DNA of 62,768 nt from positions 1 through 62,768 of IMG/VR virus record IMGVR_UViG_3300033233_000038; one strand, written 5' to 3'. Shown in pieces: positions 1-8,676 of this stretch. The translations under genes and the position numbers were made by a program. The first letter of the stretch is position 1. Each line of letters begins with the position of its first letter. This DNA is from a virus. Its lineage: Duplodnaviria; Caudoviricetes. A model generated the notes under the pieces. That model saw nothing but the letters and a program-made list of their open reading frames with translations. It ran no database searches and had not been told where the DNA came from.

Positions 1-585
1 GAACTGCTTGAGCTCGATGAACGGCAAGAGCTGCTGGAACTGCTTGAGCTTCGTGAGCTGCTTGAAGAACTAGACCTGCTTGAACTGCTTGAGCTTGATG
101 AACGACAAGAGCTGCTGGAGCTGCTTGAGCTTCGTGAGCTGCTGGAAGAACTAGACCTGCTTGAACTGCTTGAGCTTGATGAACGACAAGAGCTGCTGGA
201 GCTGCTTGAGCTTCGTGAGCTGCTGGAAGAACTAGACCTGCTCGAACTGCTTGAGCTTCGTGAGCTGCTAGAAGAACTAGACCTGCTTGAACTGCTTGAA
301 GAACTAGAACTTCTTGAGCTTGATGAACTGCTTGAACTTCGTGAACTGCTGGAAGAACTTTGTATACTTGAACTACTTGAAGAACTAGAACTTCTTGAGC
401 TTGATGAACTGCTTGAGCTCGATGAACGGCAAGAGCTGCTGGAACTGCTTGAGCTTCGTGAGCTGCTTGAAGAACTAGACCTGCTTGAACTGCTTGAGCT
501 TGATGAACGACAAGAGCTGCTGGAGCTGCTTGAGCTGCTTGAGCTTCGTGAGCTGCTGGAAGAACTAGAAGAACTAGACGATGAT
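1..585. repeat. 81-bp tandem repeat array encoding R-S7-R-S8-C-R-S8 on the - strand
   Basis: Units at 1-81, 82-162, 163-243 and 406-486, plus shorter variants. Confidence 0.95.
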
Positions 586-1784
586 GTTGGTGCTATATAG
601 CATTGAACACCTACTGTACTTGCTCCTACACTTGGGGTACTTGAAGGATTGTGTTGAATAGCAAGAAGTTTACCAGCTGTCGGTGCGTAAGAAAATCCAG
701 AAGCACTATCTGTTGTTTCAAGATTTGAAAGAGTAACAGTAACTGTAGAATTGCCGTCAGTTTCTTCATTAACGGTATAAATACTAGAGTCAACAGCATT
801 ATTATTAAATGGAGCAACTGCCTGCCAGACATATATTGCTTGAATAGTAGTTGCTTCAGTAACTTGTCTGCGACTCATATCGCTTGCGGCATTTAACCAC
901 AATAAACCCACTTCACCAGAACAAAAAGCAGCATATTGAATAACAGAAGCACTTGGTGCATCTTCTGTATGCACCATAATAGGATATTGACCTGTTGTTG
1001 TAGCAAGCAAAACTACAGAAACTTTAACAGGAACAGATGCGCTATTTGCCGATACTGTTTGAAAATCTATAAGATTACCAGCGGTTACGGCGGCAGTATT
1101 AGTGACATCTCTCAAACTTAGACCAGAATCACTATTAAATAACACTGTCATATTACCAGGCGAACCAACAGTAGCGGCACCTAAACGCATATTAACTGTT
1201 AATGTCTGTGTGCCTGTCAACGCAGAATCAATATACGCTGCTAATTTCTTTAGCGTGCCAGCCATAGGTACTACTTGATGAGAAACAGCATCTGATGCGC
1301 CTAAAAGACCAACACCCATAGTAGATAAATATTGTGTATCATTAGCAGTAACAGCATTTACCCCACTCCCTCCCAATAGAATACATTCATCCGCTATGTC
1401 GGGTGAGAAAATAGTACAAAAAGTAGCTGAAGCTGCCGCAGGAGTCCCGGAAATAGTGCATCGGATACAGACTAAATCCCCAGGCACAACATCAACAGAA
1501 CCAGTAGCCGCCGCGTCGACTACTCCACTGCCCATAGTTACAGTGAGATAATTATTAGCGCCAACCATCAAATCGAATATGTATGAACCACCTGCGCCAG
1601 GGTCAACATCTAAATGAATCCGAAGGCTGGTAAACAAACCATCCGTAGGGATGACTTGTTGCTTATTCAACTGAGTAGCGCTCCAAAGAGCAAGACCCAT
1701 CACTTGATTGTATTCGGCAGCGCCTGTAGTTAGAACATCTCCACCGTTAGAACCATGAATCAGTTGTTTAGTTGTGTTGGCCAT
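1..1784 (-). CDS. Giant Ser-repeat putative virion protein, N-terminal part (runs off the window start)
   Basis: Absent from the ORF track. Manual translation from ATG 1784 (MANTTKQLIHGSNGG...) stays open to position 1. About 400 aa contain three similar beta-rich blocks (QQVIPTDG..VVPGDLV, HQVVPMAG..VTAGNLI, RQVTEAT..PTAGKLL), followed by poly-Ser/Cys-Arg from ~585 downward. Confidence 0.85.
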   Translation of the reverse strand, partial: MANTTKQLIHGSNGGDVLTTGAAEYNQVMGLALWSATQLNKQQVIPTDGLFTSLRIHLDVDPGAGGSYIFDLMVGANNYLTVTMGSGVVDAAATGSVDVVPGDLVCIRCTISGTPAAASATFCTIFSPDIADECILLGGSGVNAVTANDTQYLSTMGVGLLGASDAVSHQVVPMAGTLKKLAAYIDSALTGTQTLTVNMRLGAATVGSPGNMTVLFNSDSGLSLRDVTNTAAVTAGNLIDFQTVSANSASVPVKVSVVLLATTTGQYPIMVHTEDAPSASVIQYAAFCSGEVGLLWLNAASDMSRRQVTEATTIQAIYVWQAVAPFNNNAVDSSIYTVNEETDGNSTVTVTLSNLETTDSASGFSYAPTAGKLLAIQHNPSSTPSVGASTVGVQCYIAPTSSSSSSSSSSSSRSSSSSSSSSSSCRSSSSSSSSRSSSSSSSRSSSSSSSSCRSSSSSSSSSSRSSSSSSSSSIQSSSSSSRSSSSSSSSRSSSSSSSSSRSSSSSSSRSSSSSSRSSSSSSSRSSSSSSSSCRSSSSSSSSRSSSSSSSRSSSSSSSSCRSSSSSSSSRSSSSSSSRSSSSSSSSCRSSSSSS

Positions 1785-2756
1785 TTAATCTTTTGCCCAC
1801 CAATTTTTAAGTATCTCTATATCTTTCATCTCCCAATATTCTTTAATTCTATTATATTCATCACCCATAAATCTAGGATCAAAATATTGCGGCTCTGGAG
1901 GTATTCCTTTATATCGGTAAGCATAATTATGTTCACCATGGATATGCCGAAAACCTATCGTTTTATACCAAAAACCAACGCCGGGCTTATGCAACTGTTC
2001 ATTATAAGGAGGCTCAATAATAACCTGCTTTAATCCTAAATCCCTTACCGCCACAGCAAGCCGGCCTTCCGTATTGCCGAAGTCTTGTGTAGATTTTTCG
2101 TATTCCTCAAAAGGCACCACATGATCTACCATATGCTTGGCAATCTTGAAAAAAGCGGAAGATCGCATTAAAAGCCCTGCAGTTCCTATCTCTCGTTCTA
2201 ATGCTGGGCCTGAACTCATAATATCGGCATCCCCTAAAGTTTCTAGTAAAATTGGGAAATCTTCTGGCTTTTCTATGATACAATCCCCGTTTATGCAGTA
2301 TACATATTCAAAATTTAAAGCAAATCCAGCTGCTATTCTTAAAAGCCACATAAATGGATACGAAACGCCGCCCCAGCTTTGCCAATGCCCCATAAAAAAA
2401 CTGTCCATCATCTCCATCTGATCTTTAGCCGGCATCCAACGTTCCCAATCATACTTTAGTTCTTTAGGATCAAAATAATTATCATAAGCAACGGCTATCC
2501 AATATCCTAATGGCAAATGCGCCTTAAGTGCACCAGTCAAATAGCAACGCCCCGCCGGATGAGATATGAGAAGAATTAAAACTGGTTTTTTTATCTTTAT
2601 CGCCCAAGCATCATTCGCCATGTAACAATCAACAACGTATTTACGAGTTGCTAATTCTGCTTCCCATTCTGCATCAGGTATTTCTAAATATCTTCCCGAA
2701 CGAATAAAATCTTCTCTAGTTACCCCCATAGATGGGCTCCTTTCCATAATGTTCAA
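1785..2756 (-). CDS. Putative GT-A-fold glycosyltransferase (paralog of the next gene)
   Basis: DxD-like YCINGDCIIEKPE, AYDNYF and LGDADIMS motifs shared with 2716-3789; lies in the sugar cluster. True start may be ~2730. Confidence 0.6.
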   Translation of the reverse strand: MNIMERSPSMGVTREDFIRSGRYLEIPDAEWEAELATRKYVVDCYMANDAWAIKIKKPVLILLISHPAGRCYLTGALKAHLPLGYWIAVAYDNYFDPKELKYDWERWMPAKDQMEMMDSFFMGHWQSWGGVSYPFMWLLRIAAGFALNFEYVYCINGDCIIEKPEDFPILLETLGDADIMSSGPALEREIGTAGLLMRSSAFFKIAKHMVDHVVPFEEYEKSTQDFGNTEGRLAVAVRDLGLKQVIIEPPYNEQLHKPGVGFWYKTIGFRHIHGEHNYAYRYKGIPPEPQYFDPRFMGDEYNRIKEYWEMKDIEILKNWWAKD

Positions 2757-3789
2757 GCGAATAATATAATCTATTGTACCAAGAATCCTCTCCCCTGTCC
2801 CACCATTGATATAAATATCTCCTATCCCCTGTTTTATAATACATCCCTAATGTAACTCTATCTCCCGGGTCTATATAACTATAATCTTTATAATCATCTA
2901 AAAATTCCTTTGGCAATGGCTCCAATGCATTATTTTCTCTATATTCTTGTTCAGCATATAAATTACGGAATCCTATCACCTCTTTAAATGTAGAAGGAAC
3001 AGATTCCCTGCAATAATAATCAATAGAACCATCCAATAAACTAATGGGCTGTTGAGGTGCATGTTTGACTTTAAGTTTTAATGCAGTTATCGCTTCCCCT
3101 AATAAATTTTCTGGGCTAAAAGAACCAATGACCGGAACAACAAATTGTTCTGTCATGTAATTAATTATTTTGTTAAAAGCATCTACTTTATATAAAACAT
3201 CGGCAGTATGTATAGTCATGCCTTCTGCACTTTGCCCTGACATTAAATCAGCATCTCCTAAAATCTCTGCTAATTTGTCCATGTTCTCAGGTTTTTCTAA
3301 AATACAATCTCCGTTAGTGCCATACACATATTTAATATTAGGGAATAAATTTATAATGCCTTGCGCATATTTAACATTCCATAACCAACCTGTCCTTTTA
3401 TCCGCGTCAAAAGTTTTGTGTTTTACCACAATACTATGCGCCATTAAATAATGAATAGAACGAAGCAACTTTGAATCGAAAGCAGTCTCATCACTTAAAC
3501 TCGACTTATCAAAAGCGTAAAATGGATTATCATAAGCTACGATTACATATTTTCCGGTAAGACGATAATTTAATAATGTTTTCTTTAACCATCTAAGATG
3601 CCCATACCAGCTTGTTACTATAATTGCCATATCAGTATCAAAAGGAAAACTATTGACATTAAAAACACAATCATACCAATTTGGATCTCCATTTACTCTC
3701 CTTTGCTCATCATCCCTAAATTCTGGATTGGCAAACGGCTTAAGCAACGCTAGTTTATCTTTTAAATCATTTAATTCTCTTGTGGGCAT
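2716..3789 (-). CDS. Putative GT-A-fold glycosyltransferase
   Basis: AIIVTSW first strand, AYDNPF, YGTNGDCILEKPE, LGDADLMS. Confidence 0.6.
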   Translation of the reverse strand: MPTRELNDLKDKLALLKPFANPEFRDDEQRRVNGDPNWYDCVFNVNSFPFDTDMAIIVTSWYGHLRWLKKTLLNYRLTGKYVIVAYDNPFYAFDKSSLSDETAFDSKLLRSIHYLMAHSIVVKHKTFDADKRTGWLWNVKYAQGIINLFPNIKYVYGTNGDCILEKPENMDKLAEILGDADLMSGQSAEGMTIHTADVLYKVDAFNKIINYMTEQFVVPVIGSFSPENLLGEAITALKLKVKHAPQQPISLLDGSIDYYCRESVPSTFKEVIGFRNLYAEQEYRENNALEPLPKEFLDDYKDYSYIDPGDRVTLGMYYKTGDRRYLYQWWDRGEDSWYNRLYYSLEHYGKEPIYGGN

Positions 3790-4307
3790 GCGCCTCCATC
3801 AAAACCTTTTACAATAACAAAACCGTTTAAATCCTGTTTGTCATAAAACTCGACTGTTAACTCGTATCTAACTCTGCATATAAATTCTAAAAAAGTGACG
3901 TAACCGGTATTACTTTCATTAAGAATAATCCTATCCCACTTCTTAATGAAACTCATATAAAGCAAGAGTTCACCCCTGCCGACTTTATCTATAAAAAGAA
4001 AATTGGATAATTTATCTAAAGCATCAATTTCAGCTAATTTATCTTCTACAATAGATACTACCTTTTCTCTGGAGAATTTAGTCTTCTTTAATCTGTTCGG
4101 TGGCAGATCTCTCAAGTACATATCCCTGTTTATCATATATTTTAAAACTTCAATATGAAACCAATCTTCACACCAGATGGGGCGTTCTCTCCCTTCGATA
4201 AAAATAGACTTCTGTTCTCCGTATGATAAAGGAGCATCAATGATATATCCTACTAAGTTTTGTATCTTAAGAAGTTCTACCGGATTAAATTCTCTCACAG
4301 CCACCAC
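3771..4307 (-). CDS. Hypothetical protein in the glycan cluster
   Basis: 178-aa ORF overlapping both neighbours; weak SAM-motif-like FIDKVGRG. Confidence 0.55.
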   Translation of the reverse strand: MVAVREFNPVELLKIQNLVGYIIDAPLSYGEQKSIFIEGRERPIWCEDWFHIEVLKYMINRDMYLRDLPPNRLKKTKFSREKVVSIVEDKLAEIDALDKLSNFLFIDKVGRGELLLYMSFIKKWDRIILNESNTGYVTFLEFICRVRYELTVEFYDKQDLNGFVIVKGFDGGACPQEN

Positions 4308-4888
4308 CTCCGCATCAAAAGTGAGACGCTAGGAAAACGCCAATATGTCCCAACAATATAATATTTTTCTATGATAGGATTGGTATCTATTTCATTTTTA
4401 ATGGAAGGCATGTTATACTTAACCATCCATTCAATGTTATCCCTTTCTTCACTACCGCCTTCGAATAAAATAATACAGCGTGGCGCTATTTTAGAATGCC
4501 ATAATTCTATGAATTTTTTTAATACATCTCCGGTATTGCTGATATCTACATGCATAAAATCAATTTTTGCATCTCCATAATTTTTATAAACTTCATAAGC
4601 GTTGCCTCTTTGAAGATTGACAAACTGCCCTAGTCCCTTGCTATCAAGCATTTCTTGAACTTCCTGTTGACTGCCGTGCTTAAAGGAATAATCATCAAAT
4701 AAATCATACGCGTCAAATGGAGGAACCCAATTATATGCATCTTTTATCATCTTTATAGCTTCTGCTATATGATACGTGCTATAGCCGTCTAACACACCCA
4801 GCTCAACAATCCTCGAAGGTTTAAAAGCTAAAACATTTGCTTTAAGAATTCTACCGCAGTCATTTTCGATATAAGAAGACCTCATCAT
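4295..4888 (-). CDS. Class I SAM-dependent methyltransferase (Methyltransf_24-like)
   Basis: IVELGVLDGYST motif I and IDFMHVD. Confidence 0.8.
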   Translation of the reverse strand: MMRSSYIENDCGRILKANVLAFKPSRIVELGVLDGYSTYHIAEAIKMIKDAYNWVPPFDAYDLFDDYSFKHGSQQEVQEMLDSKGLGQFVNLQRGNAYEVYKNYGDAKIDFMHVDISNTGDVLKKFIELWHSKIAPRCIILFEGGSEERDNIEWMVKYNMPSIKNEIDTNPIIEKYYIVGTYWRFPSVSLLMRRWWL

Positions 4889-5142
4889 TTATCTCTCCCA
4901 ACATTAAGAAAATTAATCTTTTTGGATTGCCTGTTAAAACCTTCCAAATATTCATTGATCTCTTCTCTAACATCAGAACGTTCTTTACTCAAAGTTTTAA
5001 TTTTAATGGCTAATTTTCCGACAGATAGGATGTCTTTTTTTCTATGAGCTTCGGATACCATCTCTTCTGTGTGCCAGATTTTTATATTCAAGATAGATAA
5101 CCTATCTATCCACTCCCCTATTGATATAATGTTTTTATTCAT
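4885..5142 (-). CDS. DUF4254/DUF6165-like small helical protein
   Basis: SIGEWIDRLSILNIKIWH motif. Confidence 0.6.
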   Translation of the reverse strand: MNKNIISIGEWIDRLSILNIKIWHTEEMVSEAHRKKDILSVGKLAIKIKTLSKERSDVREEINEYLEGFNRQSKKINFLNVGRDK

Positions 5143-6380
5143 AAAATTTTTACTTCAGGTAGTGGTACGATTAATTTCGTACCATTTCTTATAAGTTCGC
5201 TTTCCCGCTTCGCAAAATCAACAGCGAAACCATAAGGAAGGATCAATAAATAATCTGGCTTGACTTTTCGCATAGCAGATTCATCCTTAATTGGAATATC
5301 TGTCCCAATCATATATTTTCCTATCTTGAATGGATTAACATCAGCTACGGCTTCTACCAGTTGGCTATCAATACCACAATATTGAAGAATAGTATTTCCT
5401 TTTGTCGAGGCCCCATATGCCCAGATTTTCTTGTTTTCTGATTTTAACTTAGTCAGGAGCTGTAATAAATCATCTTTTGTCTTTTGAATACGATTATTAA
5501 AATCCTGATAAGTCTTTATATCGAATAAATTAAATAAATCTTCCTGCTCAATAAGGCTTAACAATCTTTGATTGCCTATATAGATAGTCTTTAAAAAATC
5601 CTTTTTTCTTACAAAAATACGGAAACTGCCTCCATAGATATCATTCAAAGAAACGTTGAAAATTTCGAGGCCAGCCTTACCCAAAATCCACTGAAGCACA
5701 CTAATGGTATAATAATAAATATGTTCGTGAACAATGTTATCATACATGTTAGTTTTAAGCATTGATGGAAGATATGCCATCTGGATAATCCAAATACCTT
5801 CATCATCTAAGCACTCAAAAATATCTCTACAAAAACTTACTGGATCAATGATATGATAAAACATAGCAATACTGAAAATAAGTTTTGCCTTTTTAGAAAC
5901 ATTGGCCTCAACCATTTCACAGGAAAATGGACTTTTAATAAACTTAGCACCTGCAAAAACAGGTTCTATATTTTCCGCAGGATCAATATTTAAGAGCTCA
6001 AAACCATTACCTGCAAAAAAAGAAAGCAAAGTTCCATCATTCCCGCCAATATCTAAAATCAAATCTCCCCTATTTAAACAACTTAAGATTTTTCCTTCTT
6101 TAGCTACCTCTTTCAATGCCTGTCTCATATACTCGTTAGAAGAACTGGTATAAGGATAAATTTTATACATCTCACTTAAATCTGGCTGAGAATCAAGTTG
6201 AAGAACTCCGCAATTTTTTTCTGAATTTCCTTTTATACAAAGTTTAAGTTCTAAAGGATATTTTTTCAGCTTGTGCCTATAATTTAAAGAATCAGGGAAA
6301 ATAGATGAAAGATATTGTTCCCCTAAATTAACACAAGAAATAAGGTCAGGATTATTGCATATTCGGCATTTTTTAAGCAT
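5139..6380 (-). CDS. NDP-sugar C-methyltransferase (zinc-binding N-terminus, TcaB9-like architecture)
   Basis: N-terminal CRIC, ILDIGGNDG, YDNIVHEH, YGGSFR and YGASTKGNT. Confidence 0.9.
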   Translation of the reverse strand: MLKKCRICNNPDLISCVNLGEQYLSSIFPDSLNYRHKLKKYPLELKLCIKGNSEKNCGVLQLDSQPDLSEMYKIYPYTSSSNEYMRQALKEVAKEGKILSCLNRGDLILDIGGNDGTLLSFFAGNGFELLNIDPAENIEPVFAGAKFIKSPFSCEMVEANVSKKAKLIFSIAMFYHIIDPVSFCRDIFECLDDEGIWIIQMAYLPSMLKTNMYDNIVHEHIYYYTISVLQWILGKAGLEIFNVSLNDIYGGSFRIFVRKKDFLKTIYIGNQRLLSLIEQEDLFNLFDIKTYQDFNNRIQKTKDDLLQLLTKLKSENKKIWAYGASTKGNTILQYCGIDSQLVEAVADVNPFKIGKYMIGTDIPIKDESAMRKVKPDYLLILPYGFAVDFAKRESELIRNGTKLIVPLPEVKIL

Positions 6381-7101
6381 GATTTTTTATTTTTTCTTCC
6401 ATAAAAGATAATACCAGCCGCGCATCCGGAAAATCCATCTCAGGATTTTCTATTTCTTGATTTTCAATTCTTCCTTCAAAATTAACTTTTATTTTAAAAT
6501 AATCAGCTATCTCTTGAAGGCTTATTGTATTTTTAGCGCCAAGTTCAATAATGCCAGTCCTGTCTAGATGATTAACGATCCAATTAGTTACGAAATCAAG
6601 AGAAGAAAAAGCATATCTGCTTTTTCCGCTTACATAAGCTTTCCCACTTAATATATCTATCAAAACTCCTCTGGAAAGACCCTCCCCATAAGTAGATGTC
6701 AAACGATAAATTAAATAATTCGAACTTTTTTTGCATAGTTCTTCAGCTAATAATTTATTTCTTCCATAAACAGAAGCAGGATCATAACGGGCAGATACGC
6801 TGCTAATCTGAATAAATTTATTATAATGCCATCCGGTTATCAAATCATTAGTCTTCTCAACAGTTTCGACATAATCTTGTTCAGGATTTTGATTAGCCCA
6901 ATAGCGCTTTGAATTCATAGCGCAATTAATTATAATATTGTAATTAGCCTTACGCAAAAAATCATATTTATCCCGCGTTACCGGAATAACAGCTATTAAT
7001 TCTTTAGGATTTATTGGTTCTTTACAATTCAAAGAATATAACGCACTGCATAATGCGCTACCAATATATCCATTTGCTCCAATAACAGCTATCGAAATCA
7101 T
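6373..7101 (-). CDS. NAD-dependent epimerase/reductase (extended SDR)
   Basis: IGANGYIG Rossmann motif, ISSVS and YGRNK (YxxxK). Start taken at ATG 7101. Confidence 0.85.
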   Translation of the reverse strand: MISIAVIGANGYIGSALCSALYSLNCKEPINPKELIAVIPVTRDKYDFLRKANYNIIINCAMNSKRYWANQNPEQDYVETVEKTNDLITGWHYNKFIQISSVSARYDPASVYGRNKLLAEELCKKSSNYLIYRLTSTYGEGLSRGVLIDILSGKAYVSGKSRYAFSSLDFVTNWIVNHLDRTGIIELGAKNTISLQEIADYFKIKVNFEGRIENQEIENPEMDFPDARLVLSFMEEKIKNHA

Positions 7102-7102
7102 A

Positions 7103-7486
7103 CTAACACTCCATTTGGACAATAGGCGGATTACACTCATCCCACTTTTTCGAAAGCATTGCGACAGCAGTAACAGGAGTAATTGCATAAAAAGTATGAA
7201 TAACTCCGATAGGATTTCTCACACACACACCTTTACTCATATGAATAACAATTTTTTCTTTAGTATCTTCGTGATCCTTACTTATCATTACACCGGAACC
7301 TTCCACCACCAAAAAATATTCATTAAACTCAGGATGATAGTGATTCCCTCTAGTCTTACCCGGCAAAAAATAAAGCATATTAAATTCTACGATAGTATCT
7401 TCTGGAAACCACGTAAATATACCACCACGACCGTCTTTCACTGTATCTAAATTACAATACGGTAATAAAATCTCTTGTTTATTCAT
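7103..7486 (-). CDS. Cupin, FdtA/QdtA-like sugar 3,4-ketoisomerase
   Basis: DGRG and RGNHYH motifs, plus a second His in GVIHTF. Confidence 0.75.
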   Translation of the reverse strand: MNKQEILLPYCNLDTVKDGRGGIFTWFPEDTIVEFNMLYFLPGKTRGNHYHPEFNEYFLVVEGSGVMISKDHEDTKEKIVIHMSKGVCVRNPIGVIHTFYAITPVTAVAMLSKKWDECNPPIVQMEC

Positions 7487-8271
7487 TTGTTCAATTTCTC
7501 AGGCATTGGAATTCCTAAATACCAATAAAATATTGCATCACATAAGCCTACATGCCCATGATCTGATAACGGATACTGAGGCCGCCCAACATAAATATCT
7601 ACCACATAAGGTATCTTGAGCCCTTCAGCTATTGTTTGCCCTATAGACATATTTCCAACGAATAAATCTGCGCCAGCAATTACTCTCGCAAATTCATAAA
7701 TATCATCAGCTTTGTGTCTGGGTATTTTTAAATAGGGGCGGTCTCTTTGAAATAATTCCCAATCCCAATCATTACCCATAAATACACAATCATTTTCTAC
7801 TTTCTTTAAAAGTTTCCAATCAACCGTTGACCCCGGAAATCTTTGAGGGCCTGTATCTTGAATGACTATCTTCGCTATTTTATTAGGAGGAATATTAAAA
7901 AGATAGAGTTGATTAAAATTAAATTCTAGATTGAACGCTTTTAAATGCATCCTTGCTACATGTAATTCATTAGCGCCCCTAAATTTATCTAAATCGTGAG
8001 TTGCAATATTGTCATTCTTCATCTGCCGCCACTCTATATCCGATACTTTTATTATCTTTAAATATGGCTGAGCTTCCAACAATCTTCCTATCCCTCCATA
8101 CTGGTCATTTCTCAAATAATAAGTTCCTCCTCCAAGAGCAATGCATGCAGGTAGTCCGAAAATCATATCCCCATAAGAACCTGAATGTATGAAAGTATTA
8201 AGAGCAATAGTTCTGTTTTCCCATCCAGTTTTTGTTTGAATACCATCTGTATATCTTTTGAATCCATTCAT
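7483..8271 (-). CDS. GT9 (heptosyltransferase-like) glycosyltransferase
   Basis: HSGSYGDMIFGLP and IAGADLFVGNMSIGQTIAEGLKIP. Confidence 0.7.
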   Translation of the reverse strand: MNGFKRYTDGIQTKTGWENRTIALNTFIHSGSYGDMIFGLPACIALGGGTYYLRNDQYGGIGRLLEAQPYLKIIKVSDIEWRQMKNDNIATHDLDKFRGANELHVARMHLKAFNLEFNFNQLYLFNIPPNKIAKIVIQDTGPQRFPGSTVDWKLLKKVENDCVFMGNDWDWELFQRDRPYLKIPRHKADDIYEFARVIAGADLFVGNMSIGQTIAEGLKIPYVVDIYVGRPQYPLSDHGHVGLCDAIFYWYLGIPMPEKLNK

Positions 8272-8274
8272 AAT

Positions 8275-8676
8275 TTATCTCCATTTTTCTAGATAATCAG
8301 CAGCCATTCTAAGCAATAAAGGATTTTCTTTAAAATGTCCTATGCCCCAATTACAAGACCTACATAAAATTGCTCGAGGTTTTTTAGTTTCATGATTATG
8401 ATCTAAGCATCTTTCTCTTTTGTCATGTAATGAGGAACAACAAATTGCACATTTGTAAGATTGAGTTATAAGTGTTCTTTGATATTATTCAAAAGTTATC
8501 CCATATCGAAATTTCAATTTTGAATTTCTTTTTTCTTCTGGGTGTTCTTTTGACCATTTTCCAGCACATCTTTTACACCAATAATTAAGACCGTCTTTAC
8601 TATGTTTGCCTTTATGAAATTCACTTAGTTCTTTTTTTTCCTTACAATGTGAACAAATTTTCATAACATTATTCAA
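8275..8676 (-). pseudogene. Endonuclease VII-family homing endonuclease with a premature TAA
   Basis: After the stop at 8487-8485 the same frame continues YQRTLITQSYKCAIC...CLDHNHETKKPRAILCRSCNWGIGHFKENP...ADYLEKWR* to 8275. Confidence 0.85.

Noticed and set aside
626-1121. Short track ORFs 626-832 and 936-1121
   Set aside because: They lie within the long - strand ORF starting at 1784.
8485-8487. Possible stop-codon reassignment
   Set aside because: A single case; long genes are intact under the standard code and all three stops end genes normally.
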